Shown piece by piece: positions 1-9,418 of a stretch of DNA of 64,000 bases. Under the pieces are notes generated by a model, which made no database searches, was not told the origin of the DNA, and was given only the letters and a program-made list of their open reading frames with translations. This DNA is from Spirochaetia bacterium (lineage in GTDB: Bacteria > Spirochaetota > Spirochaetia > SZUA-6 > Bin103), in assembly GCA_965208575.1 (NCBI GenBank), contig CBDBOV010000005.1:896001-960000 (forward strand), in the 5' to 3' direction. The first letter of the stretch is position 1. Each line of letters begins with the position of its first letter. The position numbers and the translations under genes were made by a program.

Positions 1-159
1 GGCCAGGGCCACCGCGGCGCGCACGGCAAACGCCAGCGCCAGCACCAACGGCAGGAGCTTCCAGGGGGGAGCGCTCGGCACCGCGGTGTGGAGCAGGCCG
101 TCGAGCACGGTACGCGGCCACTCACGAAGCCGCACTGCCGGCTGCTTCCGTTTCCCCAT
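1..159 (-). CDS. N-terminus of a membrane protein, possibly a GT-C (Alg9/PIG-B-like) glycosyltransferase; runs off the window edge
   Basis: Manual translation MGKRKQPAVRLREWPRTVLDGLLHTAVPSAPPWKLLPLVLALAFAVRAAVALA; TM helix; directly downstream of and co-oriented with the GT2-GtrA gene. Confidence 0.5.
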   Translation of the reverse strand, partial: MGKRKQPAVRLREWPRTVLDGLLHTAVPSAPPWKLLPLVLALAFAVRAAVALA

Positions 160-178
160 TTACGGCGGTGTCGGCAAC

Positions 179-1303
179 TCAGCCACCGTCCCGGGTTGCG
201 TCGCGGCGGTACACGTAGCGGTTCGAAATCAGGAAGTTGACTGCGCCGCCGAGGCATACCCCGATCACCAGCGCCAGCAGGCGGTAGCGGGCGAACTGCT
301 GCACGAAGCTGGTCAGGAGGGTGTAGCTGCCCACGTTGACGCCCAGCCCGAGCACGCTGCTGGCAGCGAACCGGGTCCACTGCCGCCCATGCGGCTGCCG
401 GGGACGTTCGTCGAAGGTGAGGGCGCGGTTGACCAGCCAGTTCCAGGTCACGGCTGGCCAGAACGACACGAACCGGGCCACGCGGTGTTCGACGCCCAGG
501 CCCTGCAGCGCCAGGTAGAACGCCACGTCGATCAGGAACCCGCTCGCCCCCACCAGGGCGAAACTGACCAGCCGCGCCGCGTCTCCGTACCGATGCCGGT
601 ACAGGCGGTGCAGGTGGTGCAGGTAGTTGAGTTGCTGGCGCCAGTTCATCTTGCTGTCGCCGCGGTCGCGGTCGGTGAAGCCGATCGGCACCTCGTTGAC
701 GCGCAATCGCCCGCGCACCATCAGTTCAAGGCCGATCTTGTAGCCTATGGGGCGCAGTTCATCCAGGTCGGGCAGCCGGCGGCGGTCGGTGGCGAAGAAG
801 CCGGACATGGGATCTGAACAGCGCACCAGCGGCAGCGCCAGCAAGGTGGCGCCGCGCGAGTTGAGCCTGCGCAACAGGCCCCAATCGGCGTCGACGGTAC
901 CGCCCGGCACGTACCTGCTGCCGACCACGAAATCGCAATCGCCGCCCAGGGCCGCGAGCAGGGCGGCGATCCGTTCGGGCGGGTGCGACAGGTCCGCGTC
1001 CATCACCACCAGCCGGTCGTAGCGTGCCATGCGCATGCCGTGGATTACGGACAACGACAGGTCGCGCGGCGGGTCGCGGCGCACCTCCATGCGCACCGGC
1101 GCGTGCCGAGCCAGGTCGGCGACAATCGCCGTGCTGCCGTCCCGCGAGTCGTCGTCGACGAATATCAGTTCCCAGTCGACTCCCTCGCGCGCGAGCGCCG
1201 CCTGCACGCGCCGCACGAGCGGGGCGATATTCGCCGCCTCCCGGAACGTCGGCACCACCACCGACACTCCGCGGCCCGCATCGCCGGATAGTTCCTCTCC
1301 CAT
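179..1303 (-). CDS. Polyprenol-phosphate mannosyltransferase (DPM1-like GT2) fused to a C-terminal GtrA domain
   Basis: VSVVVPTFREAANI, FVDDDSRDGS, VMDADLSHPPE, VVGSRY, DPMSGFF; GtrA-like FALVGASGFLID…NRALTF; GGAG before ATG 1303. Confidence 0.88.
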   Translation of the reverse strand: MGEELSGDAGRGVSVVVPTFREAANIAPLVRRVQAALAREGVDWELIFVDDDSRDGSTAIVADLARHAPVRMEVRRDPPRDLSLSVIHGMRMARYDRLVVMDADLSHPPERIAALLAALGGDCDFVVGSRYVPGGTVDADWGLLRRLNSRGATLLALPLVRCSDPMSGFFATDRRRLPDLDELRPIGYKIGLELMVRGRLRVNEVPIGFTDRDRGDSKMNWRQQLNYLHHLHRLYRHRYGDAARLVSFALVGASGFLIDVAFYLALQGLGVEHRVARFVSFWPAVTWNWLVNRALTFDERPRQPHGRQWTRFAASSVLGLGVNVGSYTLLTSFVQQFARYRLLALVIGVCLGGAVNFLISNRYVYRRDATRDGG

Positions 1304-1438
1304 TTTCTCCGTGAAGCAACCATAACATGCGCCCGAGAATACGATAAGATTATCCATGCGCCGTGGAGCGACCGGCGCGCGACGCGATCGACGGTGTGCG
1401 GGTGGCGCCGTGGAGCGATTCGACCAGGAGGACCAGGC

Positions 1439-1942
1439 ATGACGAGTTTCTTTCAGGAACAGCGCGCAGTGTTGCACGCTACCCAGGAGTTGCGCCGCCA
1501 GCTCCTGGCCGTGCTCGGCGACGCCGACCTCGCCTGTCGGCCGGCGCCCGGGTGTCTTTCGCTCGGCGAGCTGTGCCGCGAAATGGGCGAGATCCAGCAC
1601 ACCTACGTCGAATCGTTTCGCACCTTCCGGCACGACTTCAGCTACCGCCACGACCCGGAGACGGCCGGCAGCGTGGCGCGCCTCGCCGAGTGGTATGCGC
1701 AGTTGGACGCTGAACTCGGAGAGGTTCTGGAGGGGTTGGAAGAGGCCGACCTGGCCCGTACCGTGGACCGCGGCCACGGGTTCGCGCCGCCGGTGCCGGT
1801 GCAGTTCCACATCTACCGCGAGGCGCTGCTGATCTTCTACGCCAAGACCCACGTCTACCTGAAGGCGCTCGGCAAGCAGGTCGACGGCCCCTGGCGGTGG
1901 TGGATCGGCGACCGCGGCGACTACGAGACGGTCGAGGGCTGA
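1439..1942 (+). CDS. DinB/YfiT-like four-helix family protein
   Basis: AGGAGG RBS; L.D.DL..RP….SLGELCREMGEIQHTY pattern; 167 aa. Confidence 0.65.
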   Translation: MTSFFQEQRAVLHATQELRRQLLAVLGDADLACRPAPGCLSLGELCREMGEIQHTYVESFRTFRHDFSYRHDPETAGSVARLAEWYAQLDAELGEVLEGLEEADLARTVDRGHGFAPPVPVQFHIYREALLIFYAKTHVYLKALGKQVDGPWRWWIGDRGDYETVEG

Positions 1943-2057
1943 CGAGCGGAAACCGCCGCCGGCGGCGCACCATCCGCCCTCCGTCCGGCCTCGCGAGCGG
2001 GCCGGGATCCGCGCGCTCCGGGCATCCGTTCGGGCGTTGGTAATGAGGCTGGTCGGC

Positions 2058-2082
2058 CCGGCATCGGGACGGTCGATGCCGG
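2058..2082. terminator. GC-rich hairpin between convergent genes
   Basis: CCGGCATCG-7nt-CGATGCCGG perfect 9-bp stem; no U-tract. Confidence 0.35.
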
Positions 2083-2119
2083 CGTCGTCGCCGGTGCCGG
2101 CCCTCGCGCCCGGCGCCGG

Positions 2120-2866
2120 CTACCAGCTCGGGATGGCTCCCAGCAACAGCTTCTGCAGCGCGGTGCCGTGCTCGCGCAGCCTGGTGACGCGGGGGCCGTC
2201 GAACGGCTCGCGCGACTTCATCCAGGCGTTCTGGTAGCACATCAGGCACACGCGGCGAGCCTTGTCGGAGCGGTTGGCCACCCCGCGGTGGTAGATCCAG
2301 CCGTTGAACAGCACGGCCTGACCGGGTTTGGCCAGCACCAGCAGTTGATCCGGGAACTCCGGGTGTCCCTTCGGCGGCCGGAACGGGGCGCGCTGGCTGC
2401 CGGGCACGATGGCGATCGGTCCGTTGTCTGCGGTCAGATCGTCGAGGTAGTAACCGCAGTTGATCTGCGCCGGCGTGCTGCCGATCGGCGTGCCGTCGGG
2501 ATCCACCGGCCACGGGCCGTCACGGTGCCAGTCCTGGTCGGGCTGCCCGGGCGTGGTGACGCGGGCGGTGGCGCTGTGCAGTTGTACGCAGGTGCCGAGA
2601 ATGGCGGCGATGCGGCGCAGGACCGGCGGGTTGTCGAGCAGGAACGCGAAGCGGTCGTCTTCCTCCAGCAACCGGTGGGTGAACTGCTCGCCGCGGCGGG
2701 TGAAGGTGGCGTCCAGCGCGTCCCGCAGCGTCTCCACCTGGTCCGCCGTCGCCGCGTCGTCCACCACCAGGTAGCCCCACTTGAGGAAGAACCGTACCTC
2801 CTGCTCCAGCTCCGGGCTGAGCGGCGGGTTGAGGGCCGCGGGGACGACCGACCGATCGTAACGCAT
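2120..2866 (-). CDS. Phytanoyl-CoA dioxygenase (PhyH) family Fe(II)/2OG oxygenase
   Basis: GYLVVDDA, WHRD (HxD), NGPIAIVPGS, distal HRG…NRS…R. Confidence 0.88.
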   Translation of the reverse strand: MRYDRSVVPAALNPPLSPELEQEVRFFLKWGYLVVDDAATADQVETLRDALDATFTRRGEQFTHRLLEEDDRFAFLLDNPPVLRRIAAILGTCVQLHSATARVTTPGQPDQDWHRDGPWPVDPDGTPIGSTPAQINCGYYLDDLTADNGPIAIVPGSQRAPFRPPKGHPEFPDQLLVLAKPGQAVLFNGWIYHRGVANRSDKARRVCLMCYQNAWMKSREPFDGPRVTRLREHGTALQKLLLGAIPSW

Positions 2867-2888
2867 GGCCGGCGTCGGACCGGCGCGG

Positions 2889-3932
2889 TCAGAACCGCAC
2901 GCCGAGCTTGATGTTGTGCTCGGGGCCGGTGGCGATCTTCGGGTACTCGGTGAGCAGGTCGTCGAAGGCGACCACCGGCTGCACCACCGGCTCGCTGCGC
3001 AGGCTGCCGTCGGTCAGCAGCCGCCAGCTCACCTCGAACAGCCGCGGCTCGTCCCAGCCCGGGTACTCGGGGTTGGGCTCCGAGCAGGCGCGCGAGAACA
3101 CGATGGTGGGACGGTTGAAGTGCGCCTCGGCACCCAGGTCGAGGCCGGCGGGGTAGGCGCCGGGCATTGCGCCGGCCACCACCGTGCCCAGGTAGCGGAC
3201 CCCGCGCAGCGCGGCCTGCAGGGCGGAGTAATGGCCGCTGTATTCTATGCACACGTCGGCGCCGCGGCCCGCGGTGGCCAGGCGAATCTCCTTGCCGGCG
3301 TCGCAGGCGGTCGGGTCGAGGACCAGGTCGGCGCCCAGCTCGTCCGCCGCCGCGCGGCGCAGCGCGATCGGGTCGACGGCGATCACCGGGTGCGCACCGG
3401 CCAGCCGCGCGAGTTGCAGCACCATCAGGCCGATCCCGCCCATCCCGAACACCGCCACGGCGTCGCCGATGCGGACGTGGCCGTCGCGCACCGCGCCGAG
3501 CGCGAAGTCGGTGGGGTCCAGGCAGACGGCCGCCTGCCAGGGCACGCCGTCGGGAAGCACGCGTACCCGGTCAGCCGGCCACACGTGTTCTTCGCGGAAC
3601 CCGCTGTGCGCGAACACCCGGTCGCCCGGCCGCAGCCCGGTTACGGCGCCGCCGGTCTCGATCACCTCGCCGGTGCACATGTTCCCTAGCCGGGTGGGGA
3701 ACGGGTTCTGGCCGCCGACCTCGCGGGTGTCGTCCGGTCCGGGGAAAATGCCCGACTCGTCGTCGTAGCCGCCGCGGTCCAGGCCGTAGCCTTTGAAGAA
3801 GGCCATCTCGGTGCCGTGCTTGGCCGCACCGAACTCGCTGCGCACCCGGACTTGGTCCATCGCCAAAGGCTCGCGCTCGTATTCCCGAAACGCTACCTGC
3901 TCTCGCGCAGGCGCGATCAATTCTCGTGGCAT
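2889..3932 (-). CDS. Zinc-binding (MDR) alcohol dehydrogenase-like oxidoreductase
   Basis: HGTE, GEVIETG….L.PGDRV, GMGGIG Rossmann motif, GADVCIEYSG. Confidence 0.85.
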   Translation of the reverse strand: MPRELIAPAREQVAFREYEREPLAMDQVRVRSEFGAAKHGTEMAFFKGYGLDRGGYDDESGIFPGPDDTREVGGQNPFPTRLGNMCTGEVIETGGAVTGLRPGDRVFAHSGFREEHVWPADRVRVLPDGVPWQAAVCLDPTDFALGAVRDGHVRIGDAVAVFGMGGIGLMVLQLARLAGAHPVIAVDPIALRRAAADELGADLVLDPTACDAGKEIRLATAGRGADVCIEYSGHYSALQAALRGVRYLGTVVAGAMPGAYPAGLDLGAEAHFNRPTIVFSRACSEPNPEYPGWDEPRLFEVSWRLLTDGSLRSEPVVQPVVAFDDLLTEYPKIATGPEHNIKLGVRF

Positions 3933-4010
3933 GGCGCCGATTCTATCGTCGCCGGGGCCGCAGGGTCACGGCACCGGAGGGCGCCGGCCGCGCCCCCCGG
4001 CCCCGAGCAT

Positions 4011-6002
4011 CTACTCCTTGTAGAACAGTTGCTGCGAGTCGTAGAACAGGCACGCCTGCCACTCCGCCGACCCGTTGTACACCGGCGGGATGTTGCCGAG
4101 CTTCGAATTGGCGACGTACAGCGTCGGCGCCAGTCCGACCGTGCCGATCACCAGGACGTTCTCGGCATGCCAGTCCAGCACCCGCTCCGAGATCTCCATG
4201 TACTCGGGCGATCCCATGACGGTCTGCAGCCGCCGCTCCAGCCAGTTGAACAGGTTCTTGAAATCATCCGGCGGTTCCTCACCGGGCAGGACGCCGTCGG
4301 TGAAGTCGGCCAGGGTCGCCTGGCCGTTGCGCACCTGCTGGTCCGCCCGCAACCATATACCCCACGTCGGCCACACGCCGAAATCGCCCGACGGTGGCGC
4401 CCAGTGATTGGGCGTCAGGTAGTGCACGACTTCGAGGGTGTTGCCGTAGATCATGCCGCCCACCATGCGGTCGGTCATGTCCGAGCGCTCGAAGTACAGC
4501 TCGCGCTGCATCTCGTTGAGCTGCACGCGTATGCCCACGTTTTCCCAGTATTCCTTGACCAGGTCGTACATCTCCTGCGGTATGTCGGCCTGGAAGAAAT
4601 ACTCGAGAATCAACTCGAACCGCTCGCCGTCGGGACGCAGGCGGAAGCCGTCGCCGTCGCGCGCGCTCATGCCGGCTTCGTCGAGCAGCCGATTGGCCTC
4701 CGCCGGGTCGAACTGGGCGTACGCCTCTCCCCACTCTTTCTTGTAGAAACTGGCGGTGGGATCGACCGTGGCCTGGCGTGGCGTGGCGAGTCCGAAGAAG
4801 ATGGCGTCGTTCATCTCGTCGCGGTCGATCGCCAGCGACATCCCGCGGCGGAACTGGACATCATTGAACAGGGCGCGCAGCACCGGATCCTCGTGGTTCA
4901 AGTTGAAGCCGAACGCAAGCTGGCTGCCGAGGATGCCGGGGATGGGATAGACGGTGTAACCGGCGGAAGCCTCGCTCTCCTTGTACAGCGTGTAGTTGGC
5001 GAACGACGTGTTGTACGCCTGCACGTCCGCCTCCCCGGACACGATCTTGAGATCGATCGTCTCCTTGCCGGCGAGGTTGTTGACGATGGTGTCGATGTAG
5101 GGAAGTTGGTTGCCCGCCGTGTCGACCTCGTAAAAGTAGGGATTCCTCTCGTACACCCGGTGGGTGGTGGTGAACTCCTTCATGAACCACGGCAGCACCA
5201 CCGGCTTGTCGAGGTCGCCGAGCGGGTTTACCTGCATGTGAGCGTTGAACGCGTCCACCCAGGTGTCGTGGCCCTCCTCCTTGGCGAGCGAGTTGGCGTC
5301 CTCGTTGTAATTGATGTGGTACTTCGAGAGGTACTTGCTCGGGGAGAACGAAACCCAGTGACTTCCCGGCCAGTGGGTAAAGAACACCGGCAGCGCCGCC
5401 AGCGACCCGTCGCTCTCGTAGCGTACCGTGCGGTCGTCGATCTTCACGACGCGGTCCACGATGGTGGCCGGCGCCCCGCCGCCCCAGAAACTGACCTCCT
5501 CGATCCAGTTGATCGCCTCCCACCGGAACAGGATGTCGTCGGCGGTGAACGGGTCGCCGTTGGACCACCTGAGCCCTTCCCGGAGGGTGAGCAGCATGCT
5601 GCTGTTGTCCTCGGACATCTCGTAATCGGTAGCGATGTCGGCCACGATCTCGCCGTCGTAGGACAGCTCCAGGAGGAACGCCGAACCGTTCTCCGGTCCG
5701 TCGCTCAGGTCTCCCCATGGACTGCTGTCGGGGTTGAACGTGGTGATCGTACCGCCGTAGCGCCCCACCATCTCGAACGGGACGATCACCTTCGGCTCCA
5801 CCGGCAGCCGCTCGTCGACCGGCGGCAGCTCGCCGGCGGCGACCCGGGCGGCCAGCATAGGCGCCTCGTTGTACTTGCCGCCGCTCGCAGCGACGACGGT
5901 GTCCGTTCCTTCGTCCGCGTCCTCCGTGCCGCCCGCCCACACGGCGGTGCAAAGCGCCAGTGTCATGACCGCCGAGGCGGCGATCGCCAACATCCTTTTC
6001 AT
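4011..6002 (-). CDS. ABC transporter solute-binding protein, family 5 (DppA/OppA-like)
   Basis: Signal MKRMLAIAASAVMTLALCTAVWAGG; EAPMLAARVAAGELPPVDERLP; LREGLRWSNGDPFTADD; RNPYFYEVDTAGNQLPYID; AAGGAG RBS. Confidence 0.92.
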   Translation of the reverse strand: MKRMLAIAASAVMTLALCTAVWAGGTEDADEGTDTVVAASGGKYNEAPMLAARVAAGELPPVDERLPVEPKVIVPFEMVGRYGGTITTFNPDSSPWGDLSDGPENGSAFLLELSYDGEIVADIATDYEMSEDNSSMLLTLREGLRWSNGDPFTADDILFRWEAINWIEEVSFWGGGAPATIVDRVVKIDDRTVRYESDGSLAALPVFFTHWPGSHWVSFSPSKYLSKYHINYNEDANSLAKEEGHDTWVDAFNAHMQVNPLGDLDKPVVLPWFMKEFTTTHRVYERNPYFYEVDTAGNQLPYIDTIVNNLAGKETIDLKIVSGEADVQAYNTSFANYTLYKESEASAGYTVYPIPGILGSQLAFGFNLNHEDPVLRALFNDVQFRRGMSLAIDRDEMNDAIFFGLATPRQATVDPTASFYKKEWGEAYAQFDPAEANRLLDEAGMSARDGDGFRLRPDGERFELILEYFFQADIPQEMYDLVKEYWENVGIRVQLNEMQRELYFERSDMTDRMVGGMIYGNTLEVVHYLTPNHWAPPSGDFGVWPTWGIWLRADQQVRNGQATLADFTDGVLPGEEPPDDFKNLFNWLERRLQTVMGSPEYMEISERVLDWHAENVLVIGTVGLAPTLYVANSKLGNIPPVYNGSAEWQACLFYDSQQLFYKE

Positions 6003-6183
6003 GTGGATTCTCCTTGTCGCGGAGCCGGCCGACGCCGCGTGCACCGGACCGCTCCGCAGATTGGTGCGCCACCGTAGCCCCGAGCGCGGGTAAACGTCAA
6101 CTCGGGAGGCGCCGCCGCCGCGACGGAAAGCGCCGGAAGCGCGGCGCGACCGGGCATTGCGGATGTGGTATAAAGGGGCGGAC

Positions 6184-7182
6184 ATGCTCAGCTACATCAT
6201 CCGGCGCCTGGTGTACTTGGTAGTTCTGCTGGTGTTGCTCTCGGTGGCCACCTTCATCATCATCCAGCTCCCGCCGGGCGACTACCTCACCACCCTGGTC
6301 GCCAACATGCGCCGCGCGAACGTGGTGCTGAGCGAAGAGGCGGTGGCCGTCCTCACCGAGCGGTACGGGCTGGGGCGCCCGCTGCACATTCAGTACCTGA
6401 CCTGGTTCGGCAACCTGTTGAAGGGCGACATGGGCGAGTCGTTCATCTGGGAGGCGCCGGTTACCGAGATCGTGGGCGAGCGGCTCGCGCTCACCGTGAC
6501 GTTGTCGATCTCGACGCTGATCGTGACCTACCTGATCGCGATTCCGATCGGTATCTACTCCGCCACCCACCAGTACTCGGTTGCCGACTACAGCTTCACC
6601 ACGCTCGGATTCATCGGCCTGGCTATGCCCAACTTCCTGCTGGCGCTGATCCTGATGTTCCTGTTCTACAAGTACTTCGGCTGGAGCGTCGGGGGACTGT
6701 TCTCGCCGGAGTACCAGTTGGCGCCGTGGAGCCTCGGCAAGGTGATCGACCTGATCAAGCACTTTCCGATTCCGCTGCTGGTGATCGGCACCGCTGGCGC
6801 CGCCAGCCTGATCCGCATCATGCGCGCCACGCTGCTGGACGAGCTGGGCAAGCTGTACGTGATCACCGCGCGTGCCAAGGGCGTCTCCGAGCGCAGGCTG
6901 CTGTTCCGGTACCCGGTGCGGGTGGCGGTCAACCCGGTGGTGAGCACCATCGGCTGGCTGCTGCCGGAGACCATCTCCGGGGCGACGCTGACCGCGATCG
7001 TGCTCAGCTTGCCCACCATCGGACCGTTGCTGCTGCGCGCGCTGGAGGCGCAGGACATGTACCTGGCGGGCAGCATGGTGATGCTGCTGAGCGCGCTCGG
7101 CATCCTGGGCACGCTGATCTCGGACCTGCTGCTGGTGGTGGTGGATCCGCGCATCCGGTTCGAGCGGCAGGCCACCGGATGA
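6184..7182 (+). CDS. Peptide/nickel ABC permease (DppB-like)
   Basis: YIIRRL…FIIIQLPPGD; YGL..PLHIQY..W; TARAKGVSE EAA-loop; DPRIR. Confidence 0.92.
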   Translation: MLSYIIRRLVYLVVLLVLLSVATFIIIQLPPGDYLTTLVANMRRANVVLSEEAVAVLTERYGLGRPLHIQYLTWFGNLLKGDMGESFIWEAPVTEIVGERLALTVTLSISTLIVTYLIAIPIGIYSATHQYSVADYSFTTLGFIGLAMPNFLLALILMFLFYKYFGWSVGGLFSPEYQLAPWSLGKVIDLIKHFPIPLLVIGTAGAASLIRIMRATLLDELGKLYVITARAKGVSERRLLFRYPVRVAVNPVVSTIGWLLPETISGATLTAIVLSLPTIGPLLLRALEAQDMYLAGSMVMLLSALGILGTLISDLLLVVVDPRIRFERQATG

Positions 7183-8330
7183 GCGGCATCGCGCCGCTCG
7201 GCAGGCGGCTGGGGCTGCGCCGGAGGCGGCGGCAGCAGGACACCGAAGCGTACTACATGGCATCGAGCTGGGTGCTGATGAGGCGCAAGTTCCTGCGTCA
7301 CAAGATGGCCATTCTGGGCGGCTGCGTGCTGCTGCTGTTGTACGTGGTGGGAGCGGCGTTCTCCGGCTTCTTCTCGACCGCCGACATCGCCCGCCGCAAC
7401 CCCGACCACGCGCTCGCGCCGCCGCAGCGGATCCACCTGTTTCACGACGGCAGGCTGCGGGCGCCGTTCGTGTACGGCACCGAGGTCAGGATCAACCCGG
7501 ACACCTTCCGGCGCACCTACGTGGAGGAGCGCAGTACGATCTATCCGATCCGCTTCTTCACGCAGGGGGACGAGTACCAACTGCTGGGGCTGTTTGACGC
7601 CACCACCCGGTTCATGGGGGTGGCGGAGCCGGGCACGCTGTTCCTGTTCGGGACCGACAACCTGGGCCGGGACATCTACTCGCGGACGCTGGCCGGCGCG
7701 CGCATCTCGCTCACCATCGGCCTGGTGGGGGTGGGGTTGAGCTTCGCCCTCGGCTCGCTGCTCGGCGGCCTGTCCGGCTACTTCGGCGGCGCCCCGGACA
7801 TGGTGATCCAGCGCACGATCGACTTTCTGATCTCCATACCCACGCTGCCGCTGTGGATGGCGCTGGCCGCCGCGGTGCCCACCGACTGGCCGCCGGTGCG
7901 CACCTACTTCATGATCACCATCATCCTCTCGGTGGTGGGCTGGACCGGGCTGGCGCGCGTGGTGCGCGGCAAGCTGCTGCAGCTGCGGGTGGAAGACTAC
8001 GTGCTGGCCGCCAAGATCGCGGGCGCCACGGAGATGACCACCATCGTGCGCCACCTGCTGCCCGGCTTCATGAGCTACCTGGTGGTGCATCTGACCCTGG
8101 CGGTGCCCGCGATGATCCTGGGTGAGACCGCGCTGAGCTTCATCGGCTTCGGCCTGCGCCCCCCGGTGGTGAGCTGGGGCGTGCTGCTGCAGCAGGCGCA
8201 GAACGTGCGCACCCTGGCGGTGAGCCCGTGGCTGCTGATCCCGGCCGCGTTCGTGGTGGTCACCGTGCTGTGCTTCAACTTCCTCGGCGACGGGTTGCGC
8301 GACGCCACCGACCCCTACCGCTCGACGTAA
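7179..8330 (+). CDS. Peptide/nickel ABC permease (DppC-like)
   Basis: FGTDNLGRDIYSR; EDYVLAAKIAGA; ETALSFIGFG; FNFLGDGLRDATDPY; ATGA overlap with dppB-like gene. Confidence 0.92.
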   Translation: MSGIAPLGRRLGLRRRRRQQDTEAYYMASSWVLMRRKFLRHKMAILGGCVLLLLYVVGAAFSGFFSTADIARRNPDHALAPPQRIHLFHDGRLRAPFVYGTEVRINPDTFRRTYVEERSTIYPIRFFTQGDEYQLLGLFDATTRFMGVAEPGTLFLFGTDNLGRDIYSRTLAGARISLTIGLVGVGLSFALGSLLGGLSGYFGGAPDMVIQRTIDFLISIPTLPLWMALAAAVPTDWPPVRTYFMITIILSVVGWTGLARVVRGKLLQLRVEDYVLAAKIAGATEMTTIVRHLLPGFMSYLVVHLTLAVPAMILGETALSFIGFGLRPPVVSWGVLLQQAQNVRTLAVSPWLLIPAAFVVVTVLCFNFLGDGLRDATDPYRST

Positions 8331-8352
8331 CGGCCGGGGTAACTTCGAGGGG

Positions 8353-9204
8353 ATGATGGCAGAGCGACGGTTCCGGGCGTGCTGCGCGCGCTCGCGGCTC
8401 ACCGACGACGAGCGGGCGGCGTGGCAGCGCGACGGGTACGTGGTGCGCGAGGAGGTCTTCAGCGGCGAGGAGAACGCGCTGCTGAACCGGGTCGCCGAGC
8501 AGGTGGTGGCGGGTGAGCGCGCGTTCCCGGAAGTGCACGTCGACCGCAACGCGCTGGTGCGCGACGGCGTGCAGCAGCGCTCCGGCATCCATGGCATGCA
8601 CAAGATCCACTTCCCGAGCTGCTACCTCGCCGAGTTCCTGCAGCGCGTGCGCGATCCCCGGCTGACCGATCCCATCGTCGACCTGCTCGGGCCGGACATC
8701 CTGGGCATCAACAGCCTCTACCTCTGGAAAGCCCCGCGGATCGGGCTCGGCTTCCCCTGGCACCAGGACATGTTCTACTTCCGCCGGCGCTGGGTCACCG
8801 ACACCACGGTGGGCACCTGGACCGCCGTCGACGCCGCCGACCGCGGCAACGGTTGCCTGTACGTCGTTCCCGGCAGCCACCGCCTGCCGGTCGCCGAGCA
8901 CGACGACCTGGAGGGATCGCAGCAGGCCGAGTTCAAGCTCGCCCGCGGCGTCCGCGACCAGGACGGCGTCGCCTTGGAGCTGGCGCCCGGCTCGGTTGTC
9001 TGGTTCCACAGCCACCTGCTGCACAAGAGCACCGACAACCACAGCGGCCGCTTCCGCCGCAGCTACGTCGCCCACTACCTGAGCGCGCAAGCCGAGTGGG
9101 CGGCCCCCGGCGCCGCCAAGACCGGCTCCCCCGTAATGTGGGTCCGCGGCGCCACATTCCCCGGCAAGATCACCGAAGCCCACCGCGACGTACTGGGCGC
9201 TTGA
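8353..9204 (+). CDS. PhyH family dioxygenase
   Basis: DGYVVREEVF, WHQD, NGCLYVVPGSH, LLHKSTDNHSGRFRR. Confidence 0.9.
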   Translation: MMAERRFRACCARSRLTDDERAAWQRDGYVVREEVFSGEENALLNRVAEQVVAGERAFPEVHVDRNALVRDGVQQRSGIHGMHKIHFPSCYLAEFLQRVRDPRLTDPIVDLLGPDILGINSLYLWKAPRIGLGFPWHQDMFYFRRRWVTDTTVGTWTAVDAADRGNGCLYVVPGSHRLPVAEHDDLEGSQQAEFKLARGVRDQDGVALELAPGSVVWFHSHLLHKSTDNHSGRFRRSYVAHYLSAQAEWAAPGAAKTGSPVMWVRGATFPGKITEAHRDVLGA

Positions 9205-9207
9205 AGG

Positions 9208-9418
9208 TCAAGCTTCGAGGCGGTCCAGGGCAATTTGCGGCAACGGAAGCGACTGAGGGTGGGATTGGTGCGGCGCCTCGCTGCTGGCGGTTACGCTTCA
9301 AGGCGATCCAGGGCGATTTCCGGTAGCGGAAGCGACTGAGGGTGAGATTGGTGCGGCGCATAGCTGCTGACGGCTACGCTTCGCGCCGGTGCAGCGCGAT
9401 ATCCGGCAACGGGAAGCG
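9208..9418 (-). repeat. 83-bp-period tandem array made of the last ~13 sulfatase codons plus a ~40-bp spacer (three coding-end copies, two spacers)
   Basis: Stops at 9208 (TGA), 9291 (TAA), 9374 (TAG); PLPQIALDRLEA*, PLPEIALDRLEA*, PLPDIALHRREA*; spacers 9251-9290 and 9334-9373 nearly identical. Confidence 0.9.

Noticed and set aside
9208-9418. 83-bp array as a CRISPR array or DGR template/variable repeat
   Set aside because: Spacers are near-identical rather than unique, no cas genes; substitutions are not adenine-specific and no reverse transcriptase is present.
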